DNA of 64,000 bases from the NCBI GenBank assembly GCA_013239625.1, contig MU056029.1, forward strand, positions 310,001-374,000, in the 5' to 3' direction. The notes below the pieces were generated by a model, which ran no database searches, was not told the origin of the DNA, and worked only from the letters and a program-made list of their open reading frames with translations. Below are positions 26,580 to 38,748 of this stretch, piece by piece. The position numbers and the translations under genes are program-made. The DNA comes from Lama guanicoe. Taxonomy: Eukaryota. The first letter of the stretch is position 1. Every line of letters begins with the position of its first letter.

Positions 26580-26960
26580 TTAAGTGTTTCCCAACCGGCT
26601 TGCAGGAGGAAGGCTGACTTGCTGCTTTTGCCATTTCTGTGGTGCAAGCACACCCACCTTGGGTGATTTAAAGCCACCACAACAGCATTGGAGCAGGTGA
26701 GGGTAGAGCTCAGTGGTAGAGTGTGTGCTTAGCATGCCTGAGGTCCTGGGTTCAATCCCCAGTACTGCCATTAAAAATAATAAACAAATAAATGTGAATA
26801 AATAAACCTAATTACCTCTCTCCCTAATAAAAAAAAAAGCATCAGAAGGCTATGCAAAATTCCTGAGAATGCATGCAAAACAGCAAACAGTGACCGCAAA
26901 ATTCCTGAAAACTTAGCAGCAGGCTCCGGCCAAAGGGCATGAGCAGACTCCAGCATGCTG
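26580..26960 (-). mobile_element. MER63-like hAT transposon interrupted by a SINE
   Basis: gcaaaattcctgaaaa motif (twice) and ccatttctgtggtg...gatttaaagc right part. Confidence 0.55.
26690..26838 (+). mobile_element. vic-1-like SINE
   Basis: full body with aataaacctaattacc tail. Confidence 0.88.
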
Positions 26961-28811
26961 CCCACGTCCTGGTGGGCAGTCCTGGGGCTCCTTCCCCGAC
27001 CCAGCTCAGAGCCACCCTAATACGCCTCTGGAGAGAAGCACCCGCCTGGGGATGACAGACATGCTTGAATCAGAATTCTGAACCATTTTACTGCCAGGAC
27101 ACTGACCTAACCCCAACAGAAAGGGCTGGAGGAGGGAAAAGTAGAAAACCCTATTTTTAGAGGTTTGCACAATTGTCCAAGTAAAAATGCCAGAACCCGA
27201 GCCAGGAAGCAATTCCTGGGGAAAAGACTAGGAAGATGAGTTGATTTCAAGTTCAGGATGATCCTAGGGTGAACTAGAGCTGTTTAAAATTCAGGATATG
27301 TTAACAGACATATAGCATCTGGGCCAAGGGAGGTGACAGGTGCCCAACCACCAGAGAGTCTGTACAGAAGAGGCCAGCCAGGCCATTCAGGTGTGGAGCC
27401 TTCATCACTGCGCAGCTGCTGGGTGTGGACCTGGAGTCTGCACTTTGCTCAGCCCTTCGCTGCATCCCCTCTGCCCACCCTCACAGGACTATTACTTCCC
27501 CTTAGCGGATAAGGAAACTGGTATGCACGTGCCCAGGCTCACATGACCAGTAAGCGGCAGAGCCAGGACTGGACCACTGAGCCAGGGCAGGGAGGCAGAT
27601 TTCACTCTACTCAGTAAGTTAGAGCTGTGGAGGGGGTGGGGGGAGAGGAGCTGCTCCTAGGGGAGGGCACCTGCAGTGGAGGTCAGAGAGGCCAGGCAGG
27701 TGCATCCTGCCCTCCAGACAGGAAACCAGCAGGACCCCCTCCCATTCCACAGGCCTATCAACTGTCTTTTGGAGAAGCTCCTTCCAGATGTGAACAGCGT
27801 TCAGTAAACCAAAACCTGGCAGCCTCGACGAGGCACAGCCCGTTTCCAAGTGTTTCATTTAATTCACCCCCAGGGATACCACTCAGGATGCCTCTGGGGC
27901 TCTGGGTCCTCGGACTGTTTTGAATTGTACATGGCCTCCTATAGGACAACGTGGACAAAAGAGAATATCATATAAAGTGTGTATATGTGATGCTCTTAAG
28001 TATGTGAGTACTCTACTCTATTGCAGACGCATATGTAGATATATCGATATCCCAACTCGTTTGCCCAGGGAGGAGGCCAAACGAATTACAGCCTTTCTTG
28101 TTGAAAGGTGAACCCCATTTCTCTGTGCCCCGGGAAGATCATCTGACCACCAGCACCATGGGATGGGGAGTGTGTACACACACACAGCACTGTTCCAACG
28201 AGCTCCTGTTGACCGTACAGACAGCGCGAATACAAAGACTCCTCTAATTTAATACATACATCAGTAAATATTACGTACTTTAAATACTTAATCAAATGAA
28301 TACTTAAGTAATAAAATACTTTTATAGATACTAATATGAATTCAGTAGCAAATATGAGCACATTTTAGTAAAAATGAGCCTTCTTTTTGGGGGGGGTGTT
28401 AATCCAAATTGAATTTTTGAAACATTCACAAGATGTGAGTGGAGTCCAACGGTTTCTGTGTTTCCTGGATGGGGGAGATCTTGTCAAGCATCCATTGTTG
28501 AGGAGCCTTACACCTCATCACTATTTTTGGTGGGGAAGTAGGGTTTCAGGGGAGGCAAGTCGGGTGTGGTTGCAGTGTCTGGCCGGAGTGGCATATGAAA
28601 TGTCACAGAGGGACACAGTGAGAATATTCAATCAAGGCCAGCAGCCCCCGCACCGGGGGGGGGGGTCCCCGCTAGCGTCAGGCCAGAGGGGTCGTAACCA
28701 AGCCCGCATGCGCGCAGAGCTGCCACTGGCTAGAGGCACCGGCACCTCCCGGTCCAGGATGCTGCAAACTCCGCGCGGCTCCACATGACATCCGCTCGCG
28801 AGAGTAATTAC

Positions 28812-28938
28812 CCAACAGATGCAGATTCGTCTCCAGGCGCATGGCAGACTGAAAGAGGAGCTCCTCTCGGTTGTCCAGGGCAGATTCCGCTTCCAAGTGG
28901 CTTTGCAGCCAACAGGCATACTCCTCTTTGCTCAGAAC
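28812..28938 (-). CDS. ATP10A: ATP10A exon 12 (127 nt) [42 protein letters not shown]
   Basis: cag/gtaatt boundaries; phase continuous. Confidence 0.95.
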
Positions 28939-29016
28939 CTGGGAGAGACCCGCTGATGAGAGCCCGCAGGCCGAGCCCCGCTGGCCCCGCCCTCCCGCGG
29001 AGCCACGCCCACTCAC

Positions 29017-29120
29017 CCTCTTGGCGATGCACAAGGTGCGCAGGCCCTCCACCGCGTACAGGTTGAGGTAATTCTGAGTCTTGCTTCGGATTTTCTTTTG
29101 ATGCCTTCCCCTGGCGTCAT
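29017..29120 (-). CDS. ATP10A: ATP10A exon 11 (104 nt) [35 protein letters not shown]
   Basis: tag/gtgagt boundaries; EGLRTL motif. Confidence 0.95.
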
Positions 29121-29329
29121 CTAAGTTGGAGGAGAAGCAGAAACGACGGAGGAGTGAGGACAGCAGAGCCCGGTGGAGGACCCTGGGTGGACCTCCCCGG
29201 CCACTTTGCCCATCGACATCACGCTGCGTCCACGGATTACGCAGCGGGAGAGCTCGGCACCAGCAGAGATTCTAGCTGGGAACCCTTCCCACCCGTGGAA
29301 AGAAAACAGCCACGTGTTAAGGCCTCTAA

Positions 29330-29550
29330 TGGAATCATGCTCACAGAGACGGAACATAGCATGGTGGCTGCCAGGGGCTGGAGGGAGGGGAGAAAGGCGT
29401 ACAGAGCTTCAGTTTTAAAAGATTAAAAAGTTCTGGAGTTCTGCTGCACAGCAATGCGAATAAACTTGCCACTACTGAGCTGTACATTTAAAAATAGTTA
29501 AGATAGTACATGTATGTTGTTTTCTTAAAATCACAATTAAAAAAAAAAAA
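29330..29550 (+). mobile_element. L1MA/MB-type 3' end
   Basis: ggtggctgccaggggctgg...aaagttctggag...ctgtacatttaaaaatagttaagat, A-tail. Confidence 0.7.
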
Positions 29551-30616
29551 GCTAAGAAATCAGCTGTCAGCTAGTAAGTTTCCCAAACATCCACCCTTTT
29601 CTGTTTTCTGCAGACCCAGATGTGGAGCAGGCTGGCGTGTTTCCAGTCTGCAGAAGTGCTGACTCTGAGCCTCACCCAACTGCGGAATCCACGGCAAAAT
29701 GACACACACCTTCTTAACTCCACCATATTCTGGAGGCAATAATTATGAGCGAGAAGGCAGAAGGCAATTCAGTTTTCGCATGCTAACAGTGTAAGTGAGT
29801 GCATGAGTGTGTTTTGGGGCCAGTGAGGAGGACGTGGCCATCCCCGTTCTGCCTCCTGCTAGCTGGCCGCATTTGGAATGCTGGCCACAATTTGGCTACA
29901 ATTCATCAAGCAGCAATGCCACTAGAGCATCCTTTCGCGATGACTGATTCCAACCACCTGCAGTGAGGGGCACCCCGAGCACATCTGCTCCACTCGGTTT
30001 ATCCTACGTCTGTTTCATTCCCTGTCAATAGTACACACGTTTGATAAAAACTTAAAAGTCAGATGTTACTTTAAAAAGAAACTTGTTGTCTTTTTGACTG
30101 CTTCTAATATCCCTTGTTGAAATGAGAACGTCATATAAACAAAAGCTCACTAAGAGTGATCTGCCGTCCCTTTGTCCAGGAGGTGGACATATAAACGAAG
30201 GCACATAAACTTCCTGTTTATGAAAAAATCATATTTAATAATAACAATAAGGGCACAAATGAACTACTTATTATTTATAACTAAGATGACTGATTTCTTG
30301 AATATGTGTAAGCACATCTGACTGTCCTTTATGACTGGATTGCCGCATTCTATTGATTTTTATTTTGTGGTTGGCTTTATTCCTTTGATAATTATGTAAG
30401 TTTAAAAAGCTAAAGCTCTAATCTGCTCTCAGAAACAATGATCAGTACACATACATAAATTTAAAAAAACTGCAGTATATTGTATATATGTATTTACATG
30501 CAATATGTGTGTGTGCAGTCAAACTGTAATAATTCTACCTAATAAAACTGAAAAAGGAAAAAAAGAGAAAAATCATATTTAATAGAAAGTCCAATTTCTA
30601 TCCCCCGTACACCAGT

Positions 30617-30750
30617 AATGTTGCCAGACAGAAGATGCCTAAATGGCACACTGGACATACCTTTTACTAAAAATATTATTTCTCGTTTACCTGAAATTAA
30701 ATTTTAACTAGATATTCAATATATTTAATTTGCTAATTCTAGCCATCCTA
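30617..30750. mobile_element. MER53-like hAT remnant
   Basis: ggacatac...actaaaaatattat...ctgaaattaaattttaact matches recalled MER53 half. Confidence 0.5.
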
Positions 30751-31351
30751 CCTTCCAGTGATGAGGCCCCTGGTCTGGGGAAGGCAATCTATGATCCAAG
30801 TCAGCTCCTTGACAAACAGGACCTGGGAGAGGCTCTCGTAACCTGGGAGAGGAGTGCTCTCTCCATGGAGATGACAGCGCCCCCTAAAGACCAAAGATTG
30901 GTCCCCAGGGGGCAAAAAAGTCTTTTTATGCATAAAGCACAGATCTACATAAAGTCCATAAACAGACATACAGCACATCTGTGGCATTAAAATGTCATGG
31001 GTGGACAATTAGGAAAAAAATCCAAAAAGACTCCCTAAGGAGGCAGTGAAAATAGAGGGTTGGGCACCCCCGCCCGAGACTACTTCAAGGGATTTAAGTT
31101 TCCTGAAAAGATGACACTGAAAGTCATCTTAGTTTTGACTACCGTTTACTCCTGGTGTTGTGATAACATTACCCCAGATTCTGACTGTTCTTGGAGCAAA
31201 GACATCTGAGGGACCTGGATGTGATATTAATAAAGTGCTTCAGGTGTCTGGGGGATGCTGTCTGGGGGGTGGGGGGGAGGGTAAGGCTGCACTCGGGGGA
31301 GGGAGCAGGGTGCATGGCCTTTAACCACCTTGGTCAAAGCAAAACTAATGA

Positions 31352-31460
31352 ATGAAAAAGAATATGAAATGTATGTATATGTATGATGGAAACATGACGC
31401 TGTACACCGGAAATCGACACATTATAACTGCCTATGCTTCAATTCAAACAAACAAACAAA
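31352..31460 (+). mobile_element. very short L1 3' end
   Basis: gaaaaagaatatgaa...gctgtacaccggaaa; TSD aaactaatga. Confidence 0.75.
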
Positions 31461-34400
31461 AAACTAATGAGTGAGAGAAGGCAGGCCAGGCCACTCAGGA
31501 CCTAGGGGGCCCTGGATGAAGGTTTGGTCACACACCGCGGTGTTTCTGTGCGGGACGGAGTCTACCCAGCCCTGCAGGGAGAGAAACCGTGACCACCACC
31601 TGGTGGCCCTCCCTCCTCCTCTATTCTTTGCCCTTGGAGGAGGGTGGAGCCGTCTGCAGCTCTGTGCCTTAAAAACCACACAAAGTGGCAACTGGACTGA
31701 ACCTCTGGTGAGTGAATCTTAAGGAAAAGAAACCAGAGATGGGAAAGGGACCACACTTAAGCTTTATGCCTGTAACACACCAGGCATGATGCTAGGAGTT
31801 TGGACAGGGGTTTGCTGTCAGGTCAGCATTCTGACTTCCTCTGTACAGATGGGAGGCTGAGGCACGGGGAGAGTGAGTGACTTGCCCAGGGTCACTCCAG
31901 CCCATAAGACTTGGAATTTGAATAGAGGTCTGTAGGTCCTGGATGGGGTAGAGTCCCTGCTTTCTACCCGATCCCACCTAACTTATTGCTAGGCCACGTC
32001 CTTCGAACATGACACATTCCCCATCCACCTCCTCGTGTCTTTTTTGATCAAAGTGTTGCAAGCTCTTTGAAGAAAGATGCAGGACACTCCGATGCTCTCC
32101 TCCCTGTATCCCCTGCACACAGGCAGAGCAACCTGGCCACAGTGCTGCACGTCACAGGCAGCCATCTGCAAATCGGCTCTGCTCCATACCCCACCCACCC
32201 CCTCACTCCCGAAATGAAAACTGAATGAGTTATGCACAATGCCAGGGTGTCACTGGTGGATAACTTCAAGATGACCCCAGAGCCATCCCTTCCCTTGGGA
32301 AACCGCTGGGGGCTCTGAATGCCCTGAATCTTAAACTGCCTGGCGTCTACGTGTAGATCTTCCCTCTCCAAGCCTCCCTGAAGCGCACATCGCTTGGAAA
32401 TTCCCAGAGGAAGGTGGAGACTTACGCAAACTTCTTGTTTTTGATTTGTACCCTCCAACATCACGGTTTGAGCAATGCGAGAGTTAACATGACGTCATGC
32501 TTTTATTTTTTCCATAGTGCACCAGATGGAAGGCTTTGCTCTTTCTCACCTGCAGTTAATCCCTCCCGGGGACCCATAAGGAGGAGGTGGGCAGCAGCAG
32601 GTGAGGTGGGTGCCAGAGCAAAGCTACACTGGGGCTGCAGGACCAGAAGGGAGGGGGTCTAGGGCTCCCTTCACCCCCTGACCTTGAAGCTGACTCTGAG
32701 AGATAGAAGTTTTGTTTGTGCTTTGTCTAGACATTTAAAGCTTTTTATTCATTTTTTAAAAAGTGCACTGCCAGCCAAGTATGAGCATGGCCAGTGCTGC
32801 AGGCTTCTTGGCGGCTCTGACGCCCCTCGCACAGGTCAGCAGGTTCCCTGCTCTCTCTCTGGGCTGGGGGTCAGCGTCTCTGGCCATCCCACCCTACCCT
32901 TGCTGGCTAGTGCTGGCTTGGCTATTCACCCTATCCATAACCCACTGCAGGTGTTAAAGTCCAAAACACAGAGGTCTGTTAAACCGTCTTTACAAGAAGG
33001 CTGTGGAATTCTTTTAAAAAAAATAATCAAAAGGCTCCTTTATTGTAAATGTAGATAATACCATAATTCATCAAAATAATTTATAATAGTTAACTGCTTC
33101 TTAAATATAATCTTATAAATGATGCCTTTTGAAGTTGAAAGTAATATGGATTCAGTTCATTTAAAATTATTTAGAACAGGGTAATAGAAATTAAAAAAAA
33201 ATTAACTGCCACCTATGAAGTCTTCTAAGAAAGGAAATCATGACAAGTTCTTGATGAGATAAACACCACTCCATTATTAAAGGGGATCAAGAAGAAGCAT
33301 AAAGTTAAAAAGCACAAAGGTAATGTTTTTGCAGTAGAAGGAAATCTACTCAGGTAAGTATCATATCTACGGTTTTTCTTTCATGTGGATGCAAAAGCTA
33401 ATTTCAGAATGAAGGTGGCTCTCTGAACAAAATCAACCTGAAACTTGGATTCCATGTCTTCCCTGGGGCAGAATCACCACCTGATGGGAAGGCAAAACCC
33501 ATCCCCCCGGAGTAGGTCATCCCCAAGAAAGGCCCTTCATTGAAACCAGATGCATTTGCAATTCACTCAGATGCCTTTGGGAGGGAATAGCTCTGTGCCA
33601 GGAAAAAGGATTTCCTGTCTGCAGAGTTTCTGCGGTAGCCAGGAGTCCTGCTCTGAGGCACTGTGATCATGGGGAGAGGACGAGAGGACCGTGGGAAGTT
33701 AAGCAGTATTCCCTAGCTCCACTCCTGAGCTCCAGAGGGGCATATCCAGTGTACAGGGTTTCACACAGGTGGTACCCAGAGCTGTTTCCAGGATACAGCA
33801 AGGAGGGAGGTAGCAGAATTATGTGATCCCTCTCCATCTGCCAGCAGCATCCTCACCTCCACCCTGCTTCTCTCCCCTGGAGGTCAGACGGCCCCTCCTT
33901 TGTCCTTTGGGTACAGAGGGAGGTGTGACCAGGTTTCCTAGTGGGCACCCAGGTTCTCCCCCTCCCAAGTCCAGTAGCATTTGTTCCTGGAAAGAGGGGC
34001 AAGTCCTCCTGCTAAACAAAGTTCCACCCTCTATACCAGTGGTTTCTGGACTCCTCTTTTCAACCCCAAAGTTGCGTGGAACTCTAGCACAAAAGAGACC
34101 AAGATGGAGCTTCGCAGCCCCACAGCGGCCAGAGGCCTGCAGTCCCCACTACCTGGGCCCCCACTGAGGCCTGAGGCAGCTCCACAAATGGGCTAAAAAC
34201 CATGGCCTGGGTGTCACAGGTGCTCCAGGTCCAGACAGTCACAGGGCAGAAGGGAACCTCCTGGGACTTTTGGCCAGAAGTTCTTAACCTTCATTGTCCA
34301 GATTTAAAACCTGATGCTGGGCCTCACCCCCAGGAATGCCCAACCCCATTCTCTGGAAGCGGGTTCAGACACTGACGCCCTCCATCCCCCACCCGCACCG

Positions 34401-34539
34401 CGCATTCCAGTCCAAACCCTTCAAGGGAGAATTTCTGGCCACCGAGAGAGGCAAAGCTCCGATGGGGGGAGGGGGTGGTTTCTGGGGACGCCGCCAGCCC
34501 CTGCGCTGAGTGGGTGGGGAGCTGCGAGCAGAGGGAGCA

Positions 34540-35200
34540 GGGTACCTGCGGAGCAGGGCAGCAGGAGGTCCATGACCACCGAGTCGGCCCCCTTGGTATA
34601 GACGTTAATCTCATCGGTGAGCGGGTGCCTGATCACCACCGACATCCTCTTGCGGATGGAGTCGAAGCCCAGCGTGTGCAGGAGCTCGAAGGTGAGGCGG
34701 CCCAGGTGGGGCAGCTCCACTGACACCTGGTCGTGCAGCCGGTCCACGAGCGTGCAGTTGTAGGCGCGGGCGGCGTAGACGAGCGCCGCCTCGTCGGGGC
34801 TCTCAGCCTCGTAGCGCAGCTCGCCCTCGGGCCCGGACCCGGGCTGGGGCTGGGGCTGGGGCTCGGAGAGGGGCTCGGGCTCCGGCTCCGGCTCCGGCTG
34901 CGGCTCCCGCGCCGCCGCGCACTCGGCCGCCCAGCCGCGCGCTCCGCTGCTGTAGCCGTTGCTGGCGAGGGCCGGGGCCGGCGGGCCCAGCCGCTCCTCC
35001 AGCCCGAGCAGCGCGCCGTCGTTGGGCAGGGTGGACAGGAAGCTGGACCCCGCCTTGTGGGCGGACTTGGTGGCGGCCACGCTCCCGACGCTGCTGCAGC
35101 TCGAGGTCAGGCGGCTGGGCGTGAACCGCCGCAGGAAGTCCTCTATCGTCTTCACCGGGGACTTCAGCTCAAACCGCACCCTCACCTGCCGGAGAGGCGG
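34540..35200. promoter_or_regulatory. intragenic CpG-rich segment over exon 10
   Basis: visibly very GC-rich with dense CpG compared with flanks; not quantified. Confidence 0.55.
34546..35185 (-). CDS. ATP10A: ATP10A exon 10 (640 nt), N-domain, [28 protein letters not shown]
   Basis: cag/gtaccc boundaries; lies inside ORF 34421..35344. Confidence 0.95.
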
Positions 35201-36387
35201 GCAGAAGGCAGGTGAGGGGCTCACCCCGACCCCCACAGGGCCCTCCTCCACTTCCCGGGTGGGGCCGGGAACACAGATTTCCCACTCAAAACTGCAACCA
35301 GGCCAGGGTCTCGTCCCTCGGCCTCGTCCACTTCCCCTAACCAAAGGCTATGCAGTAGTTATTCCTTCTTTCAGGATTTGCTTGTCGGGTAGCCGCAGCC
35401 CAGGCCCTGGGACTGACTCCGCAGGCCAGTGTGGCAGGAGCAAGAGCAGGAGGGGCACACGCTGCTGCCAGATATGCCACTGCGGCGAAGAGGGCAGAGA
35501 CCCCTTGTTTAGCCTCCATCACCCACCAGTGGCTTCACTGGCGGAACGTGCTGCAAGGGCTGGCTCGGGAGGAGGGGAAGGGACCTGGGAGAGTAGGGGG
35601 CCCGGGGACATGGCATGCATCCAGCCCTGGAAGACCTTCATTTGTATCCACCTAAAGTTGCCTCGGTGCATCGCGCTCAGCCATGCTGAGGTGCACCCCC
35701 CACCTGACACCACCTGGCTCACCTGGACGACCTTCTGAGGAGCTCCTGGGTTCACAGAGGCTCCTTTCACACAGAAAACCTTACTCTCTTGGGAGAGAAT
35801 CTTCACGATAACCCAAACAAAACCCAGCTCGAGGACTGCCATGTTCCCGCCACCTTCAGTCACTTCCCACTGATTCTCAACCACTCCTTGAATGACAATG
35901 TTATGAACGCCAGATACAGTTACTGTGTGCCCAGCCCTACTCGGAGCCCTGGCCCTAAAGCCCCACCACCGCGCCCACGTCCCAGACACAGGAGGGGGCT
36001 GGCTGGTGTCAACGTCAGGATTCAGGTCCCAGCAACTCCTCCCGGAGTCTCAGCCCCAGCCTGTTATGTCCTCGCTGTGAAAACTGAGGACCCTGCAGCA
36101 CTGGGAGGCAGGTCGGGTGGCCACCCTCCTGGCTGCTCTGTGTCCCTCTCATCCCGGGCTCCATAGCTGTCTCCGGCCATCCATCCTCCTCCCCTGGCCA
36201 CAATCCTAACACCTGCCCACTAGTCTGGGAACGTCACTGCAGAACTAGTGAGCTGGTCTGCTCTATCTGAAGTTCCCAGCTGCACCCCCTTAGACCAGAG
36301 AGCAGTGCTGAGCGACTCTGGCTTCTGTGGGAAACTGATGATGGCGGGGCTCTGCGGGCTCACAGGGATGGGGACTCCAGAACTTGC

Positions 36388-36582
36388 CTTTTGTCGCGGC
36401 TGATCAGGGGATGTGACCACCACTGTGTTGCAGATGGTGAGGGCGATGAAGAAGTCGAAGATGTCAGACAGCTCCGGCGAGAGGTGGGCCAGCGGGTGTT
36501 CCTGGTGTCTCGCGAAGGCCAGGCACCTGCCGCACTCACTCACCTTCTCCAGCAGCTTTGGGTCGGGCGTGATGTCTTTCTC
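36388..36582 (-). CDS. ATP10A: ATP10A exon 9 (195 nt) [17 protein letters not shown]...[24 protein letters not shown] donor
   Basis: cag acceptor; donor AAG|GCAAGT keeps the frame into exon 10. Confidence 0.9.
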
Positions 36583-36638
36583 CTGGGGAGGACACAGAGG
36601 CCGAGGGGTCAGTCTGATCCAGTGACCTGCGACGCATC

Positions 36639-36814
36639 TTTTTCTTTTTTTAATAGACTTTTTTTTACCCCTTCAATTATTATTATTTTTGGGGGGGAGG
36701 GAAGGGATTTATTTTATTTATTTATTTTTTAATGGAGGTATTGGGGATGGAACCCAGAACCTTGTGCATGCTCGGCACCCACTCTGCCACTGAGCTATAC
36801 ACCCTCCCCACCCC
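36639..36814 (-). mobile_element. vic-1-like SINE just upstream of the exon 9 acceptor
   Basis: tRNA body plus long composite tail. Confidence 0.85.
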
Positions 36815-37302
36815 GCCTGCCAGGTGTCTTGGTGCTTGACTATTTAGTATGCCTTGATTTTACTAGAAGCTGTGAACCTCACCTCACCTCACATATACAC
36901 ATACGTCTTTTTGTAATAATACATCATGTATGATTTTAATTATATAAGAATATACAGTTGACACCTGAAATGAAATGCATATATTATATACAATAAGGTA
37001 CACATGTCCTTTTTATAAAATAATACTAAGAATATACATTATTATAAAGTAACATATCTTACTCAGATTTGGAAAAATAAGAGAGTAATAGGGAAAAACC
37101 TAACAAATTTGTATCACACCACCTCATGGTAATATGCACTTTTTGAAAAGCATGCATCTGCCTTTCCTTCCAGTCTTTTTTCTACACATTTACATTTTAT
37201 AGAATCAAAATATTTTATACATAAACTGGAAGTTTCTATTTTCCCCAGAAACATTATATTGCCTCAACTTTACCAGGCCTTTAAGAGCTATTTGAAAACA
37301 CA

Positions 37303-37628
37303 GTTTTTTTTTAACTTAGTTAATTTTTACTGTTGTTGAATTAATAATATTTTTATTGATGTGTAGTTGATTTACCATGTTGTGTTGGTTTCAGGTGTAC
37401 GGCAAAGTGATTCAGTTATACATACACATGTATATTCTTTTTTGGACTCTTTTCCGTTAAAGGTCATTCTGAGATTGACTGTAGCTCCCTGTGCTACCCA
37501 GTAGGTCCTTGTGGTTTATCTATTTTACATAGATTGTGTATATGTTAGTCCCAAACTCCTAATTTATCCCTACCCTCCACCCTTTTCCCCTTATGATAAC
37601 CACAGTTTGTTTTCTAAGTCTGTGAGTC
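37303..37628 (-). mobile_element. L1 3' end
   Basis: TSD tgaaaacaca (37293-37302 / 37629-37638); L1 3'UTR motifs. Confidence 0.8.
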
Positions 37629-38530
37629 TGAAAACACAACTTCTTAAGTTTCAAAACAGACATACCATCATTTACTTGGCCATTATCTTTATCACTGGAT
37701 GCACGTTTTCACTGCTTACTGACATAACTAACACACTGATAAGCTTCTGCGCAGAGAAATCCTTGATTGAATCACTGACTTCTTAGGTCAGAGAGATGGA
37801 ACACTTCGAATACTCTTGACCCATACTGACTGCGAAATCCACGTCAGGAAAACTTGTTCCAACACAGCCTCCCTCCTGCCCAGCGTGAGAGCTCCCTACC
37901 CACGTGCCCCGTGTAAACCCACCAATCAGCGACCACCATTCTAGGTGACTTCTATTCAAAGGGCAGTTTCTACAGGGGTTTCAAAGGATGTAAAGGAACG
38001 AGGCCACCATACGTGAGCAAAATGGTTTCTCCCTCTCTGGTCTTCAAAAATTTTAGAGTGAAAGTGTCTTTTAGAAGTTATCATGCACTTCTGGAAACTT
38101 CCCTGTCAGATGAGAATGGCCCGTAAATATCTGGGCAGCTGACAAAACAAGGGAGAGAGATGTTTATTAAATTTGGGCTCATCTAACTAAAACTTTAATT
38201 TTTAATTTGAGTTTGCTTTTTTCACAGCTGTTATCTTGCTCTGACACTTGTTTTCATTCCATGTGGTGGGACAGTCTTCCTCTCCATCACCCGTCTGGGT
38301 GGATCACTGGCAGTCCCCAGCCTGAGAAACTTGGTAAGGGGACCGTGTCAGTGTTTGGAAAAGATACAGCAGTGTGAGCCAGGGGAAGGCCCTGGCCAGA
38401 GGAACGTCCCCTAACTGAACAGAGGTGACCCCCACCAGCAAGAGTTTGCTTGTACCGTGAAGCACAGACACTTCCGGTGAGCCGGAGTTGGAGGGGAGGT
38501 GACAGCAGGAAGGAGTGGGGCGGGACTCAC

Positions 38531-38748
38531 CATGGGGCTGCTGAAGGCCGTGTGCTTGGACAGCATGCTGGCCAGCTTGGCCTCAGCGCGGCTGCCTGTG
38601 CGCCGGTGCGACCTGGTGCTCTGGCTCCTGTGCACGATGCGGACGCTCTGGTGGCTCCCGGAGCTGCCGCGCTGGGGCAACGAGCCCCCTCTGGGCACCA
38701 CCTCCTCCTCTTCTGAGTCTGCCTCCTGGTACCTGGCCAGACGCCGGG
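38531..38748 (-). CDS. ATP10A: ATP10A exon 8 (218 nt) [18 protein letters not shown]...KHTAFSSPM
   Basis: cag/gtgagt boundaries; ATP10-type insert. Confidence 0.93.

Noticed and set aside
9253..26955. Dispersed ~70-nt repeat shared by introns 16 and 12 (tgcatgc...gcaaaattcctgaaaactt...atgagca..ctccagc) as a novel regulatory element
   Set aside because: Matches the recalled MER63 hAT transposon end; the copy at ~26.6-27.0 kb also has the rest of the element
34475..35738. Plus-strand ORFs up to 259 aa opposite exon 10
   Set aside because: Shadow ORFs of a GC-rich coding exon; no recognisable domain
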